The notes: generated by a model not told the origin, from the sequence alone. A stretch of DNA of 64,000 nucleotides from an uncultured Alphaproteobacteria bacterium (GCA_910584385.1 CAJUAK010000003.1:9206-73205); one strand, 5' to 3'; positions 37,806 through 46,448 are shown, counted from the first letter of the stretch. Numbers and translations: made by a program.

Positions 37806-38211
37806 ATCTTATCTGTTTTTAGAAAAAATCTGGTTTCGTTTTAACCAAAAAATCCGTTTTATACTCGTGGGCGGGTTTAACACGGTTTTGGCATATTGCT
37901 TGTTTGCCGGACTGTATCAATTTGCCGGGCTGAATTATAACCTGGCATTAATTACGCAAAACATCATCACAATCAATGTTTCATTTTTGACTATGCGTTA
38001 TTATGTTTTTCAGAGCCATGGCATTTTCTGGCGAGAATATGTGAAAACCTTCAGCGTTTATATCGGCATGTATTTTTTAAATGCTTTTGTTTTAAATTTA
38101 TTGGTCATCGTTTTAAAACTTCCGCCTTTAATTGCCCAAGCTGTTTATTTAACGGTTTCCACCATCACAACTTATCTGCTGCATAAATATTTTTCTTTTC
38201 GTCGGCCGTAA
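37795..38211 (+). CDS. GtrA-family membrane protein
   Basis: IRFILVGGFNTVLAY with four TM segments. The ATG at 37795 overlaps the YdjC stop. Confidence 0.8.
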   Translation: MIVKSYLFLEKIWFRFNQKIRFILVGGFNTVLAYCLFAGLYQFAGLNYNLALITQNIITINVSFLTMRYYVFQSHGIFWREYVKTFSVYIGMYFLNAFVLNLLVIVLKLPPLIAQAVYLTVSTITTYLLHKYFSFRRP

Positions 38212-38213
38212 GC

Positions 38214-41200
38214 TTATAAACAAGTGATATATTTATACTCGCCGTTTACTGCACCAACCAATGCTGCTTGTCCCGGGCATTTGTCTTCCGAATAAGACAT
38301 TGCATCAACTTTGCAGTATTTTCCTTTGTTTTCCTTGGTCTTCTTATCTTCACAGATATCTGCCGTATCCTGAACCAAGAGCGGTCCGCAGCTGTCTCCA
38401 TAGAAGGTATAGTTGCCTTCTTCATTTGGCGTGCTTGAGCGGCGATAGCATCTAAGCGTGCCTTCTTTTAATTCGGTCGTATCATTTCTCATATTCTTAC
38501 AAGACGATTCTGTTTTATCATATGCCGCCGGACAATTGCAGGCACTATAACGCGTTACATTCATTGAGCCATTTTTAACGCTAAATACTTTTGAGCCTGA
38601 TAATTCATAGGGTTCCTTACAATTATCTTCCGTATAAGGATATTGATTCAGCATATCTTTACCGATAGCACATTTATATAATGACTGGTATGTGCAATTT
38701 TTGGTACAGCTTACCCAATTATCCGCAAATTCACAATTATTCTCAACTTCTGCCAATGAATAAGGGTAAGTACATTGCCCATTATCAACACAGGGACAAG
38801 AGCCATTTGTATATTTTTTTGTTCCATTACCGTTTTCACTACAGAAATCTGCCCCGGGCTGTATGTTGTCAGAACATGTCACTGTATATTTGCTGGAACA
38901 GCTGCATTTTTCATAAAGAGTTACTTCCTTGCCGTCAATGCTTGTCGTACAACCATTTCCTAACGAATATTTCGCCGCATTTTCCGCCGTATCTCCGGGA
39001 TCTGTGCCATCACATTTATATTTGAAAGTTTCTCCGCAAGAACAGCTGCTGTATTTTGGCGTTACGACCTTATTTACTCCGTTATAGGTAATTTGTTCGC
39101 AAACGGCTTTACTGTCGCTTGGCGTTGTATCGCAAGTTTTATTAAATTCCGAAAGGCATTTGCAGCCTTTATAAAAACTTTTTTTAGTGCCGCTGCTGTC
39201 CTGGCTTTCACAATAATCATCTGCAGAATCTGGTATCTGCCCATTGCCATCACAAGTTTCTCTATATGCGCTTTCGCAAGTACAGCTTGCATAAACCGTT
39301 CTGCCAGAGCTTCCATCCGCATTTAACGGCGTGCATGCTGTTTCTTTTTCCGTATTTGCTGGGCATTGCAGATAGCTAACCGGGCAACGGCATTCTTTAA
39401 AGAGTTTGTTACCCATCGAATCTATACACCAATCCGTTCCCAAGGCGTCAGCATTGTATCCGGAACAGGTATATTTATAACCGTTTGATTTACAATCTGA
39501 CGTATCTTGGCATTCAGCGTATTTTATGCTTCCGTCTGCCGATGTACAACTTCTCCCTTTACCAACCTGCTGTGCATTGCAGGTTTTAAATATATTTTCC
39601 TCATCTTCCGAGCAATCAGCATTACCAACACATTTGCTGTATAAAGTCCCTTTTTCAGAATCATAACAAGATGTTGCATCTTCTGCCGGAGATGTTGACG
39701 AGCAGGAACTGTAATTTGAAGGGCAACGGCATTTATAATTAACATTGCCCTCTGCTGTCAGGCAAGGCGCATATTTTTCCTGATTATCTGCACAAGCTTC
39801 ACGATGTTTATCGGTGCATGAGGCTGCCGGAACAGTACAAGATTGGTAATAAGAAACGCCGTTTAATACGCAGGCACTGCCAACCCCGACTTCTTTGTCT
39901 TTGCAGATTTTATTGTAACCAGAAGCACAAGTGCATTTTTCAAAATAAGCCTGTCCGTTGCGCGTGCACATATTAACGCCAACCTGTAACGGATCGTTGC
40001 AAACCTCAGCCTCACCGTTGCGGCATTCGTTTTTGCTTACGCAAGATTGGTAATAATTATCGCCATCCAAGCTGCAAGGTTTGCCAACGCCAATCAAATC
40101 TCCCGAGCATTTTACCCATCCGTCCGGACACTTGCATGATTTATAATTAACAACATTTCCCTGATTATCCTGGCAGCCGTTAACGCCTTCCTGAAAATCG
40201 CCCAGGCATTGCTTTACATGCTGCCAATCGCAATCACTCTCTTTGCATTGGTAATAACGCCCACCGCAGCCATTGTCTTTAACTATTCCGGTCGGTTTTA
40301 ATCCTGATGGACAACCATAATAGTAGTCTGTCCAGTTCTCAGGGAGGGGATCGGGTGCACATTCGCAACTGCGGTATTTTCCTTGGCAAGGTGTTCCGAC
40401 ACCCCGGAATCTCTCGCCATCGCAAAGCTGATTATATTCTTCAGGGCAACTACAAAAGGCATAATATGCCGTATTTGATCTTGTTCCATCCGCATTAAAC
40501 GGGCGGCAAGATCCTCCGGAAACCACACCATCCGTACATTGCTGGCATTTTCCTTTGCCCGCAGGACAGTCATCGCCGGCAACGGTAGATCCGGAAGTAT
40601 AAATGTAGCTCGGATGACATTCACATCCCGTATATTTTCCGCCGCATTGTTTTCCGGTCAAGATCATACGGATAGGACAATTTTCTTCATCATAAATATA
40701 CTCTCTTCCCGGTTTGCAAATGCAGTTATACCGTTCGTTCCCTTGAGGATCTACACACAAGTGGGGTTCTGCTCCCTCGCCCAGCCTGTTGACACATTCT
40801 TCCGCTGTTCGGGTAGTATCCGGTCCGCAGGCTTCAAGCGGAGCACGCTCGCAAAATTGATATAACTTTGTTTCATTTTTGAGGCAATATGGCGGATTCC
40901 CGTTAGGAACAGCTAAAGGATAAATGCATTCAGTTTTGTAAACTGAAGTATCACATTGGCATTCATATTTTTTCTCGCCATGAAGCGAACAAACGACCGG
41001 TACGGAAGCTGTTCCGGCGATGTCTTTGCATCCCTCTTCATTATCAGATAACAGGGCTCCGTTGCTGCAAGGCCTGTAAATACAAGAAGCATATAATAAC
41101 TTGCCACTATCAAGCTTACAATATTCTTCAACGCTTTCAGGAACCATGCTTTGTGCATAGCAATCTTGAACAACTTGTCCATCCCAATGATCTTCTTTTT

Positions 41201-44200
41201 TAGTTTTGCAGCCACATGCATATTTTATTTCTTTTTCATTATTATTTAAACATTCGTAAGATGCTGCCAAGGGGCCAAAATGTTCTTGACATTTTTGTTG
41301 CGTATCCGCCGTTATGCCGCTGCAAGCTTCATAAGTACAAATATATTTTGTCTTGTTTTCTGCCAAAGAAGCCCCTCTGACAATGCAGGTCCTTTGATTA
41401 TTGAGTTCTATTCCTTTGCAAGGCCTGTCGCTCAATGCTTCGTCCGATTCTAAAGAAACTGCCGAACAATCTGAAGCAATATCTAATTCAGAGTAAACCC
41501 AATCTTCTTCATTATCAGATTCTAAAGTACACGGATTAGCGCCTATCTCTCCCGGGAATAATTTACGGTAGCCTTCCGGACATTTGCAATACCAAGCAGC
41601 TGCACGCGGCCCGCTTAAATCGCTATATAAGCATAAATGAGAGGATGCACCGTCAACTTGTTGGCACACACTTTCCGAAGAATAGACTTTTCGCCCATCA
41701 CATTTATAGCTCTCGCTAATCCACTCGCCAGCTTTATCATTACAGGTTTCACCAACAGCAATCAGCTCTTCTCCTACTTCACAGAATGTGCACCCTTGCT
41801 CTTTGGTTTTAAACTCAACAGGGCACTGGCACATATAACGAGTCGATGAAGCACCGGCAATGCCACAGGCAACTGGATGCCGGACAAAAGATTTTATCTC
41901 AATGTCTTCCGGTTTTGGAGTCTCTGAAACTTTAACCGAAACACTTTGGAACGTTTGTTCACACAATGGGCTTTCCTGGCTGTCTGACGAACAAGGGATA
42001 CCACAATATTGATATTTGTTTTCTTGGTCATAATAACAAACGTGTCCGATACCCGACTCGCCATCCTGACACTCATTAGATGTCTTGTAGCCATCAATTT
42101 CTTTACAATTTCCCAATGCATCACAAATTATTTGCTTTGTTGGGCAAGAACAAACCTTATTAATCTTCGAATTTGTTTCATCCCAGCAGGCAGAATCCAT
42201 ATCTTTGGACTGGATACATTTTGGTGAAGTGCTTAAGGGCAGAAAACTGTCATCACAATCATAAGTTTCTACGGTAACGCCATTTTCTACGCTGGTTTTG
42301 GTTTTTGCCGTTCCTAGCCATTTGTCAAAGGCACAACAGGTAATACGATCGCCTGTACAGGTTTCGCTCATGCGGTGAGTGTCCTTGTTTGCACAATAAG
42401 TATCCGCACGCCAGTTTTTGCTGGATTTGCATTGCCCAATAGCAGGAGAATCTATTTCAAAACTCCCGGCTTCTAAACAATTATCCCCTAAAGGAGAAAA
42501 TTGACAGCAAGGATCTGTCGTTTTACAAGGTGTCGGCGTTCCTCTTTGTGAAGCCTTATTACAATAAAAATTATCATTTGCCGAATATGACCTATAATAA
42601 CCACTTTGATATGACTGCCATACTAAACCATATTGCCTTTTACTTTCAGGATTTTTTTGTCCTTTATCTGTAATTGTGTAAGCATATCGCCCTTCATTGC
42701 CATCTAACTCATCTACAATTTCATCATTTTCATCAAATATGTAATAGTCAAATTCATTCTGATAAAAGGCAGGATAACATTTCTTTTGAGTATTTGCAAT
42801 TTCAATACTATTTCCTACTTCCTGAGCTCTTTTCTGGCAACTTCCCTCTAAAGGCGTGGTAGAACCTTTTTCTACATAACAACATCTTTGATTTGCATTT
42901 AATTTATATGTACCATCAAACTTACAATTTGAAGCAACAAACCCATTCTCTACGCAATAAAAGCCACTTTCAGGCACGGCTTCCGTTCTGATGACTGAAC
43001 AAGAACCCTTTCCATCACGTGTATCGGCATTTCCAATAAATGTACTGCAACTGCTTGAAGAATCTGCATCCGCATTAAATTTGCAACAAAGGCGTTCATC
43101 TTCCGGAATATCTGTGCAGGAATAAGTAGGAACCGTTATTTTACTCTCATCATATTTTACAGGATACTCTCCTATTAACATCCCGTTTTCTTCAGATACT
43201 TTCCGAGCACAGAATTCGCCTTCTTTATGGATATACTGAATTTTACAACTGCTGCCTTCCGCTTTCGTATAACTCCGTGAACATAGGCGACCAGAATCTC
43301 CTGAAGGAAGATTATAACTATAAGGACCGGTTTGGAATCTTCCATCAATAACATGGCAGCAAACTGTCAAGGGAGAATCTGTCGTATTAGCCGGACAGTC
43401 TGTTTCATAATAGCCGGCTACTTGACATATGCCATCCAAAGTCGTGAAATTATCTTTATCGTTCAACTGGCAGAGACTGCTATCTTTTGATAAGGAAACC
43501 TCATAAGATTTTGATATTTCGCTATCACCACTTTTTATTGTTACCTTGCATTGCCGCTGTCCCCAAATATCCAGTTTGCAAAGCCCATAAATTATGGATT
43601 GGCATGCTTGAAAATCAGAAGCTATATTACAGTCAGCCACCACATATTTATCTTGGGCATTAGCGCTATTAAAGCAAAATTGCCCACTTTTGGGCGTTAA
43701 AACGCTTAAATCTTCATTATTAGCATCCTGGCATTGGTTCAGGATTTCCTTGCTGGTTGCTTTCCAATTGTTTGAGCACTGGATTGATGTATAATTATTT
43801 TCCTGAAAATAACAACATTTTGCAGCTGATTTTGTAGCTCCTGCCGTATCGTAAGAAACAGCAACACCATCTTTGGTATAACAACTGTTGAGCCATTTTC
43901 CGTTTGCATCTGCGCAATAATATCCCGTCTCAAAAGGAGGCTGTGCCTTTTCAATACACTTTCCCGTTCCTACATTATCCGGGTCTTCTTCCCAACTATC
44001 ATAACATGTTTCTTCGCCTTCATAATCAATAAACTCACTAGCAAATTCACAACACTTTTTTGCTCCTTTGGCTTCATCACAACTTCCGACATAGTAACCA
44101 TCTTCAGTAGCACAAAAGTGTCCATTGCTCGGCGCCATTTTTTGGGTACATAATGTTCCCTCCCAGGTATAGGCTGGACTGCAAAAACGCCAATGATTAT

Positions 44201-45794
44201 CATTTATATCTTCACTTTCAAAAGGTGTAATTGAGCAGCAACGAATTTCTTTATTATAATTTGCGGAACAAGGCTGTTGAACATATCCAGAAGCGGTATA
44301 ATCTAATGTTTTATTATGTAAATCTCCACCAGCTAAGGAGCAGGTTTGCCCTCCATCTTTTGACCAGAGATGATATCTCACACCGTCACTTAAAGTACAT
44401 TCAAATCCCCCTTTCTCATAAGGAGATTTCTTTCCCTCTGATTTACACTTTGGCCAAATTTCTTTGCCATCACAATATGCTGTTGTTGCGTAGTCACCCC
44501 ATATTAATGGTATTCTTGCAGAAGTTTTTTTAATACAAATACCTGTAGGGACATCCGCAAAAGCAAGGGTTTCGATATGGGAGGTTTGGGCGGAAGCCAT
44601 GTAAATTTTATTTTCTGCCGAAGCTTGGTTTTCGATATTGTCCTGGCAGGCTTCATTATCCGGATGGATATTGCCGCCGGGAACGGTATCATCCCGTTTT
44701 GAATCGCAAGAATCCAAGCAAAACTGGTTATAAACATTATCCGTGCCATTATGGTTATAATAGCATTTATACCCTTTCGGCGTTTGACTTGCCGTACATT
44801 TTTTATATATGGGGCCGTTATCATCAGCGGCGCAGCTGCAAAATGAAATTATACGCAAAGCGCTCCCTGATTTTGACATACATTTTGTTTCATTCTGCCC
44901 ATAGGGGCAAGAAACCGCCGCCATACCACTTTCAGAAGCATTTACAACAGAAGGGTATTCGCCCTGCAATGCCGCTAACTTTGCCTCGTCAACTTCTCCG
45001 CTGTCGGTTAAGGCATCTTGACGGAGAACATCTTTGCAATCTGGCAGGCAGTATTCATATTTATAAAAGTTTTCATTTACAGTATGGCTTAGCCCGGTCG
45101 AGGCGTCCAGCGCGGTTTGCGCATCCCAAGGGCAAGCTTTGAAACCGGCCGGATGCACTGCATAAGTTTTTTCATTACCGTCTTCTTTATAAGTTTCTGA
45201 TTGGCAAATGAAACCATAGGAGCTTTCTGCCATCGTTTCAGAATAAAACCGGCGCGCATCAATATTTGTTTCGCTGCTGTCGCCTGCATAATATTTATAT
45301 CTGGAGTTGCAGGTATAAGAATCATAAGGGGAGCCATTTAATTCGCATTGGCGCCAGGGAACGCTGCTTTGTGTTCCATCCCGCCCGTTTACGGAAAGCC
45401 GGTCGTTTTTTCCGCAGCCTTCATCGCCGGCGCAGGCAACATATTTGCCCAGGCAGGAACGCCCTGAGCCCGTACTGCCTGAACAGTCTTCGCTATAATT
45501 ATGCGGGCAATCGCAACGCCATGCATCTCCCATGCCGCAGCTTACCACTGAAAAAACCGCACCGGCCGGGTTTAAATCGCTATATTTGCTTTGGCAAAGG
45601 GCAGCAGCTTCAACTTTGGTCGCCGCTTCAACATAATAGTCGCCGCATCCAGTTACCGAATAAGTAGAATGCTTAGAGTTATTTGCAGGCGCCGTAAAAA
45701 TCGTCTCTGTAATGGGCACAACGGCAGAACTGGCCGGATGCGCTTGCGCAAACACCAATATCGATAAGAATATTAGCAAACTATTCTTAAACAT
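38214..45794 (-). CDS. Giant secreted cysteine-rich modular protein (2,526 aa), family unknown
   Basis: Uninterrupted 7,581-nt ORF. It has a Sec signal peptide (MFKNSLLIFLSILVFAQA) and about 214 Cys by hand count. There are 8 CC-doublet modules and 21 C-x-C modules. I saw no TM segment, beta-barrel or known sorting signal. Confidence 0.85.
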   Translation of the reverse strand: MFKNSLLIFLSILVFAQAHPASSAVVPITETIFTAPANNSKHSTYSVTGCGDYYVEAATKVEAAALCQSKYSDLNPAGAVFSVVSCGMGDAWRCDCPHNYSEDCSGSTGSGRSCLGKYVACAGDEGCGKNDRLSVNGRDGTQSSVPWRQCELNGSPYDSYTCNSRYKYYAGDSSETNIDARRFYSETMAESSYGFICQSETYKEDGNEKTYAVHPAGFKACPWDAQTALDASTGLSHTVNENFYKYEYCLPDCKDVLRQDALTDSGEVDEAKLAALQGEYPSVVNASESGMAAVSCPYGQNETKCMSKSGSALRIISFCSCAADDNGPIYKKCTASQTPKGYKCYYNHNGTDNVYNQFCLDSCDSKRDDTVPGGNIHPDNEACQDNIENQASAENKIYMASAQTSHIETLAFADVPTGICIKKTSARIPLIWGDYATTAYCDGKEIWPKCKSEGKKSPYEKGGFECTLSDGVRYHLWSKDGGQTCSLAGGDLHNKTLDYTASGYVQQPCSANYNKEIRCCSITPFESEDINDNHWRFCSPAYTWEGTLCTQKMAPSNGHFCATEDGYYVGSCDEAKGAKKCCEFASEFIDYEGEETCYDSWEEDPDNVGTGKCIEKAQPPFETGYYCADANGKWLNSCYTKDGVAVSYDTAGATKSAAKCCYFQENNYTSIQCSNNWKATSKEILNQCQDANNEDLSVLTPKSGQFCFNSANAQDKYVVADCNIASDFQACQSIIYGLCKLDIWGQRQCKVTIKSGDSEISKSYEVSLSKDSSLCQLNDKDNFTTLDGICQVAGYYETDCPANTTDSPLTVCCHVIDGRFQTGPYSYNLPSGDSGRLCSRSYTKAEGSSCKIQYIHKEGEFCARKVSEENGMLIGEYPVKYDESKITVPTYSCTDIPEDERLCCKFNADADSSSSCSTFIGNADTRDGKGSCSVIRTEAVPESGFYCVENGFVASNCKFDGTYKLNANQRCCYVEKGSTTPLEGSCQKRAQEVGNSIEIANTQKKCYPAFYQNEFDYYIFDENDEIVDELDGNEGRYAYTITDKGQKNPESKRQYGLVWQSYQSGYYRSYSANDNFYCNKASQRGTPTPCKTTDPCCQFSPLGDNCLEAGSFEIDSPAIGQCKSSKNWRADTYCANKDTHRMSETCTGDRITCCAFDKWLGTAKTKTSVENGVTVETYDCDDSFLPLSTSPKCIQSKDMDSACWDETNSKINKVCSCPTKQIICDALGNCKEIDGYKTSNECQDGESGIGHVCYYDQENKYQYCGIPCSSDSQESPLCEQTFQSVSVKVSETPKPEDIEIKSFVRHPVACGIAGASSTRYMCQCPVEFKTKEQGCTFCEVGEELIAVGETCNDKAGEWISESYKCDGRKVYSSESVCQQVDGASSHLCLYSDLSGPRAAAWYCKCPEGYRKLFPGEIGANPCTLESDNEEDWVYSELDIASDCSAVSLESDEALSDRPCKGIELNNQRTCIVRGASLAENKTKYICTYEACSGITADTQQKCQEHFGPLAASYECLNNNEKEIKYACGCKTKKEDHWDGQVVQDCYAQSMVPESVEEYCKLDSGKLLYASCIYRPCSNGALLSDNEEGCKDIAGTASVPVVCSLHGEKKYECQCDTSVYKTECIYPLAVPNGNPPYCLKNETKLYQFCERAPLEACGPDTTRTAEECVNRLGEGAEPHLCVDPQGNERYNCICKPGREYIYDEENCPIRMILTGKQCGGKYTGCECHPSYIYTSGSTVAGDDCPAGKGKCQQCTDGVVSGGSCRPFNADGTRSNTAYYAFCSCPEEYNQLCDGERFRGVGTPCQGKYRSCECAPDPLPENWTDYYYGCPSGLKPTGIVKDNGCGGRYYQCKESDCDWQHVKQCLGDFQEGVNGCQDNQGNVVNYKSCKCPDGWVKCSGDLIGVGKPCSLDGDNYYQSCVSKNECRNGEAEVCNDPLQVGVNMCTRNGQAYFEKCTCASGYNKICKDKEVGVGSACVLNGVSYYQSCTVPAASCTDKHREACADNQEKYAPCLTAEGNVNYKCRCPSNYSSCSSTSPAEDATSCYDSEKGTLYSKCVGNADCSEDEENIFKTCNAQQVGKGRSCTSADGSIKYAECQDTSDCKSNGYKYTCSGYNADALGTDWCIDSMGNKLFKECRCPVSYLQCPANTEKETACTPLNADGSSGRTVYASCTCESAYRETCDGNGQIPDSADDYCESQDSSGTKKSFYKGCKCLSEFNKTCDTTPSDSKAVCEQITYNGVNKVVTPKYSSCSCGETFKYKCDGTDPGDTAENAAKYSLGNGCTTSIDGKEVTLYEKCSCSSKYTVTCSDNIQPGADFCSENGNGTKKYTNGSCPCVDNGQCTYPYSLAEVENNCEFADNWVSCTKNCTYQSLYKCAIGKDMLNQYPYTEDNCKEPYELSGSKVFSVKNGSMNVTRYSACNCPAAYDKTESSCKNMRNDTTELKEGTLRCYRRSSTPNEEGNYTFYGDSCGPLLVQDTADICEDKKTKENKGKYCKVDAMSYSEDKCPGQAALVGAVNGEYKYITCL

Positions 45795-45813
45795 TCTAAC
45801 TCACACTTAATTC

Positions 45814-45853
45814 ATACTGCTATGCAGTATAACAATTTTACTTTTTTTGGCAA
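45814..45853 (-). promoter_or_regulatory. Promoter of the giant gene with an overlapping perfect palindrome (candidate operator)
   Basis: Minus strand: TTGCCA (45848-45853), 16-nt spacer, TATACT (45826-45831). ATACTGC-TAT-GCAGTAT (45814-45830) spans the -10 and the start region. Confidence 0.5.
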
Positions 45854-45903
45854 TTTTTTTTTATCCCTTGGGCAAAAAAATTTACTTTTTATTAATTTCA
45901 GCA

Positions 45904-46107
45904 TCAAATCAGGCTTTGCTTCTCTTCTGATTGCAATTCTTTAATATAACTGCGAATATCATTTTCGCATGTGCCGCAACAAGTGGAACATCCTGTTTTT
46001 TCTTGGATCTGTTTAAAATCTTTGGCTCCGGATTCAAATGCTTTTCTGATTTCTTCGGCCGTAACATGCATGCAGTGGCAGAGCACCGTATTATCTTTTA
46101 TATCCAT
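45904..46107 (-). CDS. bfd: Bacterioferritin-associated ferredoxin-like [2Fe-2S] protein
   Basis: 67 aa. VLCHC..VT..EI...........I....G.STCCGTC is the Bfd cysteine pattern. Confidence 0.8.
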   Translation of the reverse strand: MDIKDNTVLCHCMHVTAEEIRKAFESGAKDFKQIQEKTGCSTCCGTCENDIRSYIKELQSEEKQSLI

Positions 46108-46448
46108 TTTTATCTCCTTTTTTAATATACTTTGTATATATGTTTACGCTGTGCCAAATAACACCGCCTGCTTCATAAAAAATATTCTATCTTTAAGCCC
46201 TCACATTTAAAGCGTGCTGTTTTTTCTATTGCTGGATTCTATTTTTTCTTACTTCGACGGCGCCGTCATATTCCAACTCATTGATTTTACATAACTTCAA
46301 AACAAAGGCTTTAATTATGTCCTTCTTTTACTAACCAATTTCTACACCATGTACGATTTTTTCGATATCTGATATTGTTTTTTGCTGATATACTTTTTTA
46401 AAATGCATCACCATAATATAAGCAACAAATAAACACGGAGACATGATT

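Noticed and set aside
38261-45667. Numerous 60-150-aa ORFs on both strands inside the giant gene (for example 44699-45142 and 45266-45667)
   Set aside because: They are nested in a 7.6-kb uninterrupted frame that has a signal peptide and coherent repeat architecture. They have no SDs or motifs.
45814-45830. Reading the ATACTGC-TAT-GCAGTAT palindrome as a LexA (SOS) or Fur box
   Set aside because: The spacing (CTG-N5-CAG) is too short for the gamma-type CTGT-N8-ACAG box. It is not the alphaproteobacterial GTTC-N7-GTTC direct repeat, and it has no resemblance to GATAATGATAATCATTATC. I kept it only as an unassigned operator candidate.
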